Positions 18,725 to 26,931 of a DNA stretch of 58,793 bases are shown piece by piece. The notes below the pieces were generated by a model, which searched no databases, was not told the origin of the DNA, and was given only the letters and a program-made list of their open reading frames with translations. The stretch spans positions 1 through 58,793 of IMG/VR virus record IMGVR_UViG_3300048790_000047; one strand, written 5' to 3'. Positions within the stretch are counted from its first letter, which is position 1. The number at the start of each line of letters is the position of its first letter. The stretch comes from a virus (Duplodnaviria; Caudoviricetes). Position numbers and translations under genes: made by a program.

Positions 18725-18925
18725 TTAGGCCGCTGGCTCACAGGTGTGGGCCGTGATCTGATAACTCCCGGTGCCGTACTTCGCCTCAATATCTTTCATG
18801 AGTGCGTGCGCTTCGATCGGCGCCGCAAGCTCGCATTGGTTGGCGGTGACGAACGTGTGCTCCGCAGGGATGCCGAGGAACGGCGAGCCGTACACACCGA
18901 CCAAGAAAAATATCAAATGGAACAT
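18725..18925 (-). CDS. Small hypothetical protein with hydrophobic N-terminus
   Basis: MFHLIFFLVGVYG...; perfect CtrA box upstream. Confidence 0.45.
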   Translation of the reverse strand: MFHLIFFLVGVYGSPFLGIPAEHTFVTANQCELAAPIEAHALMKDIEAKYGTGSYQITAHTCEPAA

Positions 18926-18966
18926 CGCGGCCCCCAATCTGCACGGGGAGGATCGCCCCAAAAGAG

Positions 18967-18982
18967 TTAAAAAAGAGTTAAC
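18967..18982. promoter_or_regulatory. Perfect CtrA box TTAA-N7-TTAAC
   Basis: ttaa aaaagag ttaac, intergenic. Confidence 0.75.
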
Positions 18983-19160
18983 GTCACTTTGGACCCCAGA
19001 GATATTTCTAAAGCGGGTAGCAAAAGGAAGAAGCAGGGTCCTCTGTCCAGCATGGGGGGCGAGCGCGCCAAAGCCTTGCGCGGGGGGGGTTCCCTGCACA
19101 AGGCGAAACAATTTGGAGCAATCCCTAGCGCGACATATGCGCCACGCTAGGGGTATCAGG

Positions 19161-19496
19161 TTAAGCGGTTAACGAAATTCCGCTTGAGGCCTTCGCCTTG
19201 GGGGCGGAGGCAGTGGCCACCGCAACGCCGCGCATATAGCTATATTTGAGCACGCTATTCGCAGGGAATTTCCCATTGGCGTCCACTTTGAGCGTTGCCT
19301 TTGCAGCGGCTGGCAGCGCCTCGGCAATGGAAGCTAGTACCTTGTTAGCTTCCTGCTCAAATTCCGCCTTGGCCGCCTTAACTTGCGCAAACAAGTCCCG
19401 CACGATTTGATGCTTAGCCTGCAACGTCGGCGGGAGAGTTTCCACTTTGATTGCAAGCCACGAAAGCTCTTCTTTGAATTTAGGCATTTTAGTCAT
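19161..19496 (-). CDS. Hypothetical basic protein (first leftward gene from the control region)
   Basis: 111 aa, CTGAGGA RBS. Confidence 0.7.
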   Translation of the reverse strand: MTKMPKFKEELSWLAIKVETLPPTLQAKHQIVRDLFAQVKAAKAEFEQEANKVLASIAEALPAAAKATLKVDANGKFPANSVLKYSYMRGVAVATASAPKAKASSGISLTA

Positions 19497-19699
19497 TCCT
19501 CAGTTTTGCTCATTTGGCGTTATTGCCTATAGAGCGTTGGTTTTCCTTAGTCCCAGTGGCGACTAAGCCACTGGGACCACCGGAACCCATGCCGGCTCTC
19601 ATCGGGTCACTCCCGCCGCGTCGGGCAGCGCGCTTTCATTCTCTTATGGTGTCACCTTGCAAAGGTATACGACTTTCCGCTAACTCAACCGGACGCGTG

Positions 19700-20560
19700 C
19701 GAGGCTCTTACCGTCACGGTAAGCAGGTTGTAATCTCAAAAATACAACCAAGCCCAGAAACTGCATCACAAACACAAGTAGTTGTTGTCCGGAAGGCATT
19801 TTACTAGATGTAGTAGGTAGGCCGGCTCGAAAGCAGGTTGTACCGATAGGTATTAAATCGCTAGGTATTAGACAAAAATCCTATAAACACAAGATGTAGT
19901 GGGTAAAAATTTTCGACCTACTAGATGTAGCGTTTCTCAAAAGTTGTAACTTGAAACTAGACAATCGGATTTCCGTCGGTTAATTGTTTGGTTAATTATT
20001 TTCACCTTGTAACCTTTTGATATTGTTACCTTTTTGTATTGGTTAACGAGATATTTAACTTAATTCGCGTCGTTTTTTTTGCCTTTATCGACCTCGGCGC
20101 AGTAGTGGTTACGGAATAGTTAACGGATTGCGGCAGTAAATAGGCAGAAAGAGGCTGATCCTTACTGTGTAAGGGAACAAACCATAAACATTAACTATTC
20201 ATCAACTATTTGTTAACGATTTGTAAATCACTACTCCGGCGACCCCCCCCAAAGGTGTTTTTTTCAACGCGAATTAAGTTAAATATGTTGTTAACCATTG
20301 AAAAGGTGTAAAGGTATCAACTACTTACCCCACAATTTTAATTAACCAAATAATTCGCCACGACAAAACAGGTTGTAACTTTTGACCCTCCGAGTTGTAC
20401 TTTACAACCCAAAACGCTATAAACTGTTAACCACTACTTTCAAAAGTGTACAAATAGGAATTTATTTCCAGCGAGTTAGCGAAATAAACTGTTAACCTTT
20501 ATAAACGCGGCGTAAACGCTGCCGACAAGGTGGGCGCGTTTTTGCCGGCCTATAATGGAC
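19700..20560. other. AT-rich non-coding control region; putative replication origin or genome end
   Basis: Gene-free, low GC, between divergent gene blocks; contains a long imperfect inverted repeat, GTTGTA repeats, CtrA-type boxes and NrdR-like boxes. Confidence 0.65.
19981..20355. repeat. Long imperfect inverted repeat
   Basis: ggttaacgagatatttaacttaattcgcgt (20041-20070) vs acgcgaattaagttaaatatgttgttaacc (20267-20296), 28/30; outer arms aattgtttggttaatta / taattaaccaaataatt. Confidence 0.85.
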
Positions 20561-20610
20561 ACGGATGGATATGATTGGACACGACCTACTACATCTAGGG
20601 GCATCTGCTA

Positions 20611-20778
20611 CCGCGCGCGTTGGTCTCTGCCCGACGCGGCGGGGGCGTGACCATAGCGGCGCGGCAGGAACCGCACCCGAACAGGGCCATCCAATGCTGG
20701 CACTAGGGATTAACGCACAGCGTGAACACCTAGTCGCCAAGAGCGGCGGACGGCATACTAACCCGGTCGGTTCCTGCC
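20611..20778 (+). ncRNA. Candidate structured RNA / 5' leader
   Basis: Perfect 11-bp closing stem ggcaggaaccg (20663-73) / cggttcctgcc (20768-78) enclosing several hairpins; TATAAT at 20551. Confidence 0.4.
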
Positions 20779-20809
20779 AATGCCCACAACCAACGGCTGA
20801 GGAGCCAAC

Positions 20810-20968
20810 ATGAAGCACTTCAAGTACAACGAACCCCCGCGTGAGTTCAGTTCCTTGCTCACATACAGCGTGATCGAGGACGAGATTGACGAAACGCACG
20901 AACTGGCCCGGCGTACCTATGACAAGGTGGCACGGTGTCAGCGCGACGAAAATCGGCGTCAGTCATAA
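20810..20968 (+). CDS. Small early protein (52 aa)
   Basis: MKHFKYNEPPREF...; strong GAGGAG RBS within a 23-nt leader duplicated at 21203. Confidence 0.65.
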   Translation: MKHFKYNEPPREFSSLLTYSVIEDEIDETHELARRTYDKVARCQRDENRRQS

Positions 20969-20992
20969 AAAAGCGTGATTTATTATAAAGGA

Positions 20993-21047
20993 CCCTTATA
21001 AGGGACGTATATCCGGCATCCCTTAATTTATCAACCCCTTATAAGGG
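20993..21047. promoter_or_regulatory. Twin palindromes CCCTTATAAGGG (putative operators)
   Basis: Exact 12-bp palindromes at 20993-21004 and 21036-21047; TATAAT at 21081. Confidence 0.6.
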
Positions 21048-21116
21048 CTGGAGACATTTATACGCATTCCGCAAATTGCGTATAATTCTGAGGTGGCGGC
21101 TTCCTGATTGAAGCCA

Positions 21117-21160
21117 GTGGCACGCTGGATTACCGTGGCAGTAACAGCGTGCCACCTTTT
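21117..21160 (+). terminator. Long hairpin with a near-exact dispersed-palindrome copy at its apex, followed by a short U tract
   Basis: gtggcacgctg / cagcgtgccac stem around TTACCGTGGCAGTAA, then ctttt. Confidence 0.45.
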
Positions 21161-21221
21161 CTTAGCCCCTTTACAAAGAGGTTAAGAAAAGGTAACAAGG
21201 TTCAACGGCTGAGGAGCCAAC

Positions 21222-21464
21222 ATGAGCATATTCAAACGGCGGCATTACAACGAAATTGCCCGTTCTATGCAGGCGTCGGCGCTCGATGCCCTGTGGAGCG
21301 AAGATGCGCATATTGCGCGGGAAAACATCATCAACGCGTTGATCCGCATGTTCCGCAACGATAACAACAGGTTTGACGCTGAGCGTTTCCGTTGGGCGTG
21401 CCAGCCCGGTGCCAACGTATCAGCTAGATCGCCCGATAAGATGGGCAACTTGGAGGCAAAATGA
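21222..21464 (+). CDS. Hypothetical early protein
   Basis: Strong RBS; DNNRFDAERFRWAC motif resembles the DINRFNGHKFKIGC segment of the 23862 ORF. Confidence 0.75.
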   Translation: MSIFKRRHYNEIARSMQASALDALWSEDAHIARENIINALIRMFRNDNNRFDAERFRWACQPGANVSARSPDKMGNLEAK

Positions 21465-21646
21465 GTAAGATATCCAAATCTGACCAGATGCTCGCTGATA
21501 TGTACGCCGGCCACATCGCGTCGGCGCGCGCCCAGTATTGCAACGACGACATAGAGATTGACGATATAACGCGGGTGTCGCCTACAGATGACGGCTGTTG
21601 GGTGCAAGCGTGGGTGTGGGTCCATGACGACGAGGTAGGCGAGTGA
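21461..21646 (+). CDS. Hypothetical early protein
   Basis: GGAGG RBS; start overlaps the upstream stop. Confidence 0.7.
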   Translation: MSKISKSDQMLADMYAGHIASARAQYCNDDIEIDDITRVSPTDDGCWVQAWVWVHDDEVGE

Positions 21647-21937
21647 TCGGATACTGGACCGTTTTTCTGGTTATGCTCGCTGCCTACTTTGCCGTGCTTG
21701 GCCTTGCGATCGGCGCGGTAGCCACCGTCATATCGAAACTGCTGGGAGTGTGACATGCACGAATTGCTTTTGGGCGTAATCGCCATCTTGGTGTCGGTAT
21801 ATATCGGCCACCTGATCAGTGAGTGTATCGACAGTGGCTTGGAGGACTGACATGACCCTGTTCACTGACGCGCAGGTGCACGATGTGTGCGGCGCCCTCG
21901 TGCTGATCGTGGTCTTATACCTCCTGTTGAGGGCATA

Positions 21938-22147
21938 ATGAGCAACGTCATCCCCTTTGCGCCTTTCCTTGAGCGTCGTCGTAACACGCAGCGCGCGCTT
22001 GAGGCTGAAATCGCGGCTGATATGGAGATACTAGCCGGCACAGTTGGCCGGCCGCATCCGATGACGGTGGACCTGCGCCCTATTTGGGATAAAATGCTCG
22101 ATGATTTATACGCATCGGGTTGCAAGCCGACTGAGTTCAGACCATGA
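21938..22147 (+). CDS. Hypothetical protein
   Basis: MSNVIPFAPFLERRR; GAGGG RBS. Confidence 0.6.
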   Translation: MSNVIPFAPFLERRRNTQRALEAEIAADMEILAGTVGRPHPMTVDLRPIWDKMLDDLYASGCKPTEFRP

Positions 22148-22488
22148 AGCGCAAAAAGGGCATGGTGCAGACCGCGGTGTGGCTGGATCGTGCCACACAC
22201 AAGCTGCTCAAGAAGCAAGGTGGCAAGGGTGGACTGGGCAAGCAGATACGCGCTCGTATTGATCACTCGATCAATATCAACCCGGAGCCTATATCGCCAC
22301 TTGCTCACGCTATCACAGACCTGGTCGCTGCTGGGCTTGTAGAGCTTAACCTAGATGGGAAGTTTGTACTTACCACGAAAGCAAAAGACCTCGAAAACAG
22401 AAGGAGACTGAGACGTGAAGATGATCAAAGATCATACGAAACTGGGGATATCGTTCCCCGAACTGGGCGCGCTGCTGGGGACGCGTGA
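22144..22488 (+). CDS. Putative ribbon-helix-helix DNA-binding protein
   Basis: MVQTAVWLDRATHKLLKKQ...LGKQIRARIDH fits the RHH strand-helix-helix pattern. Confidence 0.5.
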   Translation: MKRKKGMVQTAVWLDRATHKLLKKQGGKGGLGKQIRARIDHSININPEPISPLAHAITDLVAAGLVELNLDGKFVLTTKAKDLENRRRLRREDDQRSYETGDIVPRTGRAAGDA

Positions 22489-22903
22489 GTTGCTGGCGCG
22501 CAAAGTGGTGTTCGACGCAAAAGGTCGCCAGTACGCCGGACGCGACGAACATGCGTTCAATATGCGCGTAGCGTGCAAGGTACAAGGGTGTGGCTCTGTA
22601 GCGTGCATCGGGGGCACGATGGCGCAAATTATGGGTATGAAACCAACAGAGGCTAACGACTATGTTAACAACTATGTTAGCAACGCGCACGACGCCCGAA
22701 TAATGCGTTCTGACATTCTGTCTGAGCTATTCTTTCCCAGCAGCAAGTATCAGCGTATTCCCTGCGCCGGCGCCTGGTGGGACGACATAACGCCAGCGAT
22801 TGCTGTGAAGGCTATTGACTACTTATTGGCCCACGGCAAGGTGAATTGGGACAAGGTGATGCCCAAGAAACTGCGCGCCAAGATCAAGCGGTTGTACGGC
22901 TAG
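22415..22903 (+). CDS. Hypothetical protein
   Basis: FNM....CGSVACIGG motif; GGAG RBS. Confidence 0.65.
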   Translation: MKMIKDHTKLGISFPELGALLGTRELLARKVVFDAKGRQYAGRDEHAFNMRVACKVQGCGSVACIGGTMAQIMGMKPTEANDYVNNYVSNAHDARIMRSDILSELFFPSSKYQRIPCAGAWWDDITPAIAVKAIDYLLAHGKVNWDKVMPKKLRAKIKRLYG

Positions 22904-22946
22904 GACGTTTTAACTCCGCCTCGGTCCCTGCTCGACGCTGCGGGGC

Positions 22947-22975
22947 TGGGGCGGATCGTAAAGCGCCCCGTTTTT
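22947..22975 (+). terminator. Intrinsic terminator overlapped by an alternative hairpin
   Basis: ggggcg/cgcccc stem + gttttt; competing stem at 22915-22955. Confidence 0.5.
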
Positions 22976-23021
22976 GAAGGGTTACCGTAGCGGTAATCCA
23001 AAACACTGAGGAGAATGGACC

Positions 23022-23723
23022 GTGACCACGCCAAGTACCAACGGCGTGTCCCTTTCGGACTTGATTGCTGCTGCCGCGCAGTTGGGCGGCGAGAACGGCA
23101 AGGGACGCGACACGCAGATTAAGATGGGCATCATGCTCGTCGAAGGCGGATACCATTCTGGTATCGACCTCGAAGCGAACAAGCACGGCACTGACATTGA
23201 CGACGCCACGAAGATTGCCGAGGCGTATGTCAAGGCACAGTCCGGGGCCGTTGTGTTCGATGCGAAAGCGCCGAACCAGCGCAAGCTGATCAGCACGTTC
23301 CGTACCTGCATCAAGCTGGGTATGTGGCCCAAGGGCGGCAATGGCGAGCCTCTCGCCACTGTCAACCAGATGATCAGTGATCGCCAGAAGCTACGCGCCA
23401 TACCGGCCGAAGCTAAGAAGCTAGATGATGCGTTCAACGCGCTGCTCAAGTATGCGCGTGCACAGATCAAGGCCGATCAACTGTTGTCGCCGGCCGAGAT
23501 CACTAGCTTCCTGTACAAGTCGATCAACCCGCTCAAGACGGCAGAGGAAGTCGTCGAAGCACAGCGCGATGCCTTGCAGAAACTGTACGAGGGCAAGGCA
23601 GCGAACGGCACGGCACAGGACCACTCGCCGCAAATCAAGGCGGCGATTGATGCGCTCACTAAGCGCCTCAAGGAGATCGCAACGGCACGCGCTCCCGCAC
23701 AGGGAGCCGTTACTAGCGTCTAA
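23022..23723 (+). CDS. Hypothetical helical protein
   Basis: 233 aa, GAGGAG RBS. Confidence 0.75.
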   Translation: MTTPSTNGVSLSDLIAAAAQLGGENGKGRDTQIKMGIMLVEGGYHSGIDLEANKHGTDIDDATKIAEAYVKAQSGAVVFDAKAPNQRKLISTFRTCIKLGMWPKGGNGEPLATVNQMISDRQKLRAIPAEAKKLDDAFNALLKYARAQIKADQLLSPAEITSFLYKSINPLKTAEEVVEAQRDALQKLYEGKAANGTAQDHSPQIKAAIDALTKRLKEIATARAPAQGAVTSV

Positions 23724-23771
23724 GTTCGCGCGTCACCTGCGTTCTTGTCAGTCCGCGGTGGCAGTGTGAAG

Positions 23772-23806
23772 GTGGCAGTAGATGGCTCCTCAGCGTCTAC
23801 TGCCAC
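23772..23806 (+). other. 13-bp hairpin with an anti-Shine-Dalgarno loop
   Basis: gtggcagtagatg [gctcctcag] cgtctactgccac. Confidence 0.7.
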
Positions 23807-23861
23807 TTCCCCCTTTCACTGAGGTAACAGTTTGTGGCATTACCAACTGAGGACTGAGGAC

Positions 23862-24053
23862 ATGACCAAGCAAGACTTTGAGTTGATTGAAAACGTGCTG
23901 CATAAGGTGAAGCCGCACTCGCAAGGTGTCGCGCTGACACAGTGGCAGCACACTGTCGACACGTTCAAGGACTGGCTGGAGTATGATATCAACCGGTTCA
24001 ACGGGCACAAGTTCAAGATCGGTTGCGAGCATGGCAACCGCCAGCGTTCGTAA
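23862..24053 (+). CDS. Hypothetical protein
   Basis: CTGAGGA RBS, 63 aa. Confidence 0.65.
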   Translation: MTKQDFELIENVLHKVKPHSQGVALTQWQHTVDTFKDWLEYDINRFNGHKFKIGCEHGNRQRS

Positions 24054-24083
24054 TAGCACTCTAACCTAACGGAGACTGAGGAT

Positions 24084-25220
24084 ATGAATTTACGGGACGC
24101 ACAGAATGAATTGCTGGCGCAGGTGGAGGCGGGTAACGCCGTACTCCTACGTTCCGGCTCTGGTATCGGCAAGTCGCAGATCGTGGCACAGACCTTCGAG
24201 AAGCTGAAGGCCGATGGTGCCACGCGTGGCGAGACATGGGGTCTGGGTATTATCTTCGCAGCTACCCAGACGCCGCCTGATCTTATTGGTTATCAGTTCA
24301 AAGGCGAGCGCGAGTTCGACGATGGCAAAGGTGGCAAGGTGTCAGTCACTGTGACTGACCCAAGCGTACCGTTGTGGATGATATCCACCGAGGGTAAGCC
24401 CGCTTGGATGTATGACCGTTTCTTCCTGCTCATTGACGAGTACGGGCAGGGTGAGCCGGATACCAAGCGCGCCATCGCTGAAATCTTTTTGAACGGTGGC
24501 ACATCGCCGTGGTATCTGCCCAAGGGCAGCGTGCGTGTGGCCTGTACCAATGCTGGTGCACGCTACGGTGTGACCAAGGACTTCGACTTCTGTATCACTC
24601 GTCGTTCTGTCATCGATATAACTGGCGACGTGGACCTGTGGCTGGCGTATGCTGACAAGCCCTACGCCTATCAAGGTGCCATGTGGCAGACGATGCCCGT
24701 GATCAAAGCGTGGGCCGCTACTCACCCTGAGGTTCTGTTCGAGAGTGAGCCGCAAGAGCAGGGACCGTGGTGCAACCCGCGTGCCTTGATGGCAGCGGAT
24801 CGCTACCTGCAAATGAAGGCCAAGAATAACAACGGTGTGATCCCGACGGATGCACTCACAACGGAGAGCTTGTCTGGTATCCTTGGTATGCCTGCCACTC
24901 AGTCACTTGTTAACCACTTGCAGTTCAGGTTGGAGCTTCCGTCTTATGACGACGTGATCGCTGACCCGGCGAACTGTAAGGTGCCGACGCGTGCTGACCT
25001 GATCATGCTCATGGCGTATGAGTTGGCAGGGCACACCAAGAAACAAGACCTTGGGCCGTGCATCACGTACATGCAGCGCTTGCCCAAGGACATGGGTGTG
25101 ACGTATATCTCGTCGCTCCTGCGGCGGGACTACAAGGGCATGATCAACGAGCCGGCGATGCAGGGCTGGATCAACAAGAACGCGGCGCTGGTGTCGATCA
25201 TCGCATCGCTCGCAGCGTAG
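24084..25220 (+). CDS. MoxR-like AAA+ ATPase
   Basis: Walker A SGSGIGKS, Walker B LLIDE, ACTN sensor, NPRA; VWA partner gene downstream. Confidence 0.82.
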   Translation: MNLRDAQNELLAQVEAGNAVLLRSGSGIGKSQIVAQTFEKLKADGATRGETWGLGIIFAATQTPPDLIGYQFKGEREFDDGKGGKVSVTVTDPSVPLWMISTEGKPAWMYDRFFLLIDEYGQGEPDTKRAIAEIFLNGGTSPWYLPKGSVRVACTNAGARYGVTKDFDFCITRRSVIDITGDVDLWLAYADKPYAYQGAMWQTMPVIKAWAATHPEVLFESEPQEQGPWCNPRALMAADRYLQMKAKNNNGVIPTDALTTESLSGILGMPATQSLVNHLQFRLELPSYDDVIADPANCKVPTRADLIMLMAYELAGHTKKQDLGPCITYMQRLPKDMGVTYISSLLRRDYKGMINEPAMQGWINKNAALVSIIASLAA

Positions 25221-25223
25221 CTC

Positions 25224-25673
25224 ATGCCCGGATATAAGGAGTATTGCGCTGCCAAATGTATCGACCCACGCCTGTACTTGACGTGGTGCTCGATGCGTTG
25301 GCGATGTAATAACCCTAAGCGGGATGACTATAAAAACTACGGCGGGCGCGGGATAAAGGTTTGCGCCCGCTGGAATACCTTCGCGTTGTTCGCCGCGGAC
25401 ATGGGGCCGCACCCCGGTAGGGGTTGGACATTGGAACGCAAGCGAGTGAACCAAGGTTACCGTCGCGGTAATTGTCGGTGGGCAACGATGACCGAGCAGA
25501 ACCGGAACCGCCGGTATCCGATACGTGCTAAGGACGTGAAACGAATTAGGAAGATGTATCGCGGCGATCCTCGCCGCACCGCTGGTCGCGTTACACAGCA
25601 AGCGATAGCGGATATGTTTGGGGTCAATCGCTCAACGGTATCTTATATCGTTGCCCGAAAGACCTGGCTGTAG
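25224..25673 (+). CDS. HNH homing endonuclease with C-terminal HTH
   Basis: W.SM..RC.NP....YKNYGGRGI...TLERK....GNCRWAT..EQ.RN; QQAIADMFGVNRSTVS. Confidence 0.85.
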   Translation: MPGYKEYCAAKCIDPRLYLTWCSMRWRCNNPKRDDYKNYGGRGIKVCARWNTFALFAADMGPHPGRGWTLERKRVNQGYRRGNCRWATMTEQNRNRRYPIRAKDVKRIRKMYRGDPRRTAGRVTQQAIADMFGVNRSTVSYIVARKTWL

Positions 25674-25703
25674 GGAGAGCGTGTCACGCAGCGCCAATTT
25701 ACA

Positions 25704-25970
25704 ATGGAATTAAGAGTTGACTACGCGGACAACGAGAAGAACGAGACGATGCGCAACGCGTTGCAGGCTGCGGCTCGCCATGTGTACGCCACTGCCGTCC
25801 TACTCAATGACGGAGTGAAGCCACAGATCGCAATCTTCAGCGACGACTTCTTCAGTGGCCATGAAGAGATACAGCTACTCGAAGACACAATCGCGAAGGG
25901 GCTGGGCGAAGTAGGCCAAGCCGAAGCGCAGGACAAGCCATCGCAAGAGTTGTTGGATGCGCTCAAGTAA
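25704..25970 (+). CDS. Hypothetical protein
   Basis: 88 aa acidic ORF. Confidence 0.65.
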   Translation: MELRVDYADNEKNETMRNALQAAARHVYATAVLLNDGVKPQIAIFSDDFFSGHEEIQLLEDTIAKGLGEVGQAEAQDKPSQELLDALK

Positions 25971-26331
25971 TCCGGCCAATCCGGTGAACAATACGTTCGC
26001 CTCCGAGGCACAGGCACGGCGCGCGCATAGACACAAGCTGCGTAAATACGCCGCCGAGTTGATGCGTGGGTATGATCGCGTCGATGTGCATCGGATGCCA
26101 ACAGAAGACAGGCTAAGGCTGCGCGAATGGATACGGGGAGTACGGGCGTGGGTATTAAGAGATTATCCATATCCGAAGGTGCCACCAAAGAAGAAGCGCG
26201 GCGTGACGACGGGCGCCTTACCAATCGTAAGTGGGAATATGTACATCAGGGAACGCGACCGCGTGCTAATCTCCCCGACAATTCAAGGTGGCACGCGTGG
26301 CAAGTAGCTGGATTATACTGGGCGGATCGCG

Positions 26332-26541
26332 ATGAAACGCAAGCGAGACAAGAGCCTGTCGCCAGCGGAGCATGTGGCGATGACCACGCACGCGAAGAAG
26401 CGTAGGTGGATGACTAGGTATACCTCGCATGTATACGCGCTTTCCCAGCATGGAGTGGTACCAAAATATAATACTGACGCGCGCTTTGCTTACAACAAGT
26501 GGATAGATGGTTTCAAAGATTGGGTGATGCGCGATGAATAG
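26332..26541 (+). CDS. Hypothetical protein
   Basis: 69 aa ORF. Confidence 0.45.
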   Translation: MKRKRDKSLSPAEHVAMTTHAKKRRWMTRYTSHVYALSQHGVVPKYNTDARFAYNKWIDGFKDWVMRDE

Positions 26542-26631
26542 CTGTGCTGCTCTCGCTTGGTTCTCCGTCGTTACCGTCGCGGTAATCGCCGCGCTGTGGT
26601 TTGGCATGTTCACATACGGAGTAATGCTGCA

Positions 26632-26931
26632 ATGACTGACGACGAGACAAGGTTCAGATCGTTTGCCGAGCGCTACTTAGTTGGGCGAGCGCACCACTTC
26701 GAGGTAGGCAAGGAGAAGGAGCAAGCGTTCCTTACTATCGAAGATGCGCGTTATGCGTATGACCAGATCGCCACGGTCGCTGCCCGACGCTACGGGGTTA
26801 AGGACGACGGCGCGATGGCGCCAGCATACGGATATGCTGTAGCTACTGAGCCGGCCGGCTATGTGCCAAGCGCAGCGCAGGCTGCGAGTACAGTCAAGAA
26901 ACAACTAAAGCAACTGAGGGGAAAAATATGA
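26632..26931 (+). CDS. Hypothetical protein
   Basis: Stop overlaps the VWA gene start. Confidence 0.6.
   Translation: MTDDETRFRSFAERYLVGRAHHFEVGKEKEQAFLTIEDARYAYDQIATVAARRYGVKDDGAMAPAYGYAVATEPAGYVPSAAQAASTVKKQLKQLRGKI

Noticed and set aside
22905-22955. Twister ribozyme resemblance (TAACTCCGCC...CGGTCCC.GC)
   Set aside because: Lacks the conserved L4 AAGC and the 3' GAG; a simple long hairpin explains the pairing better
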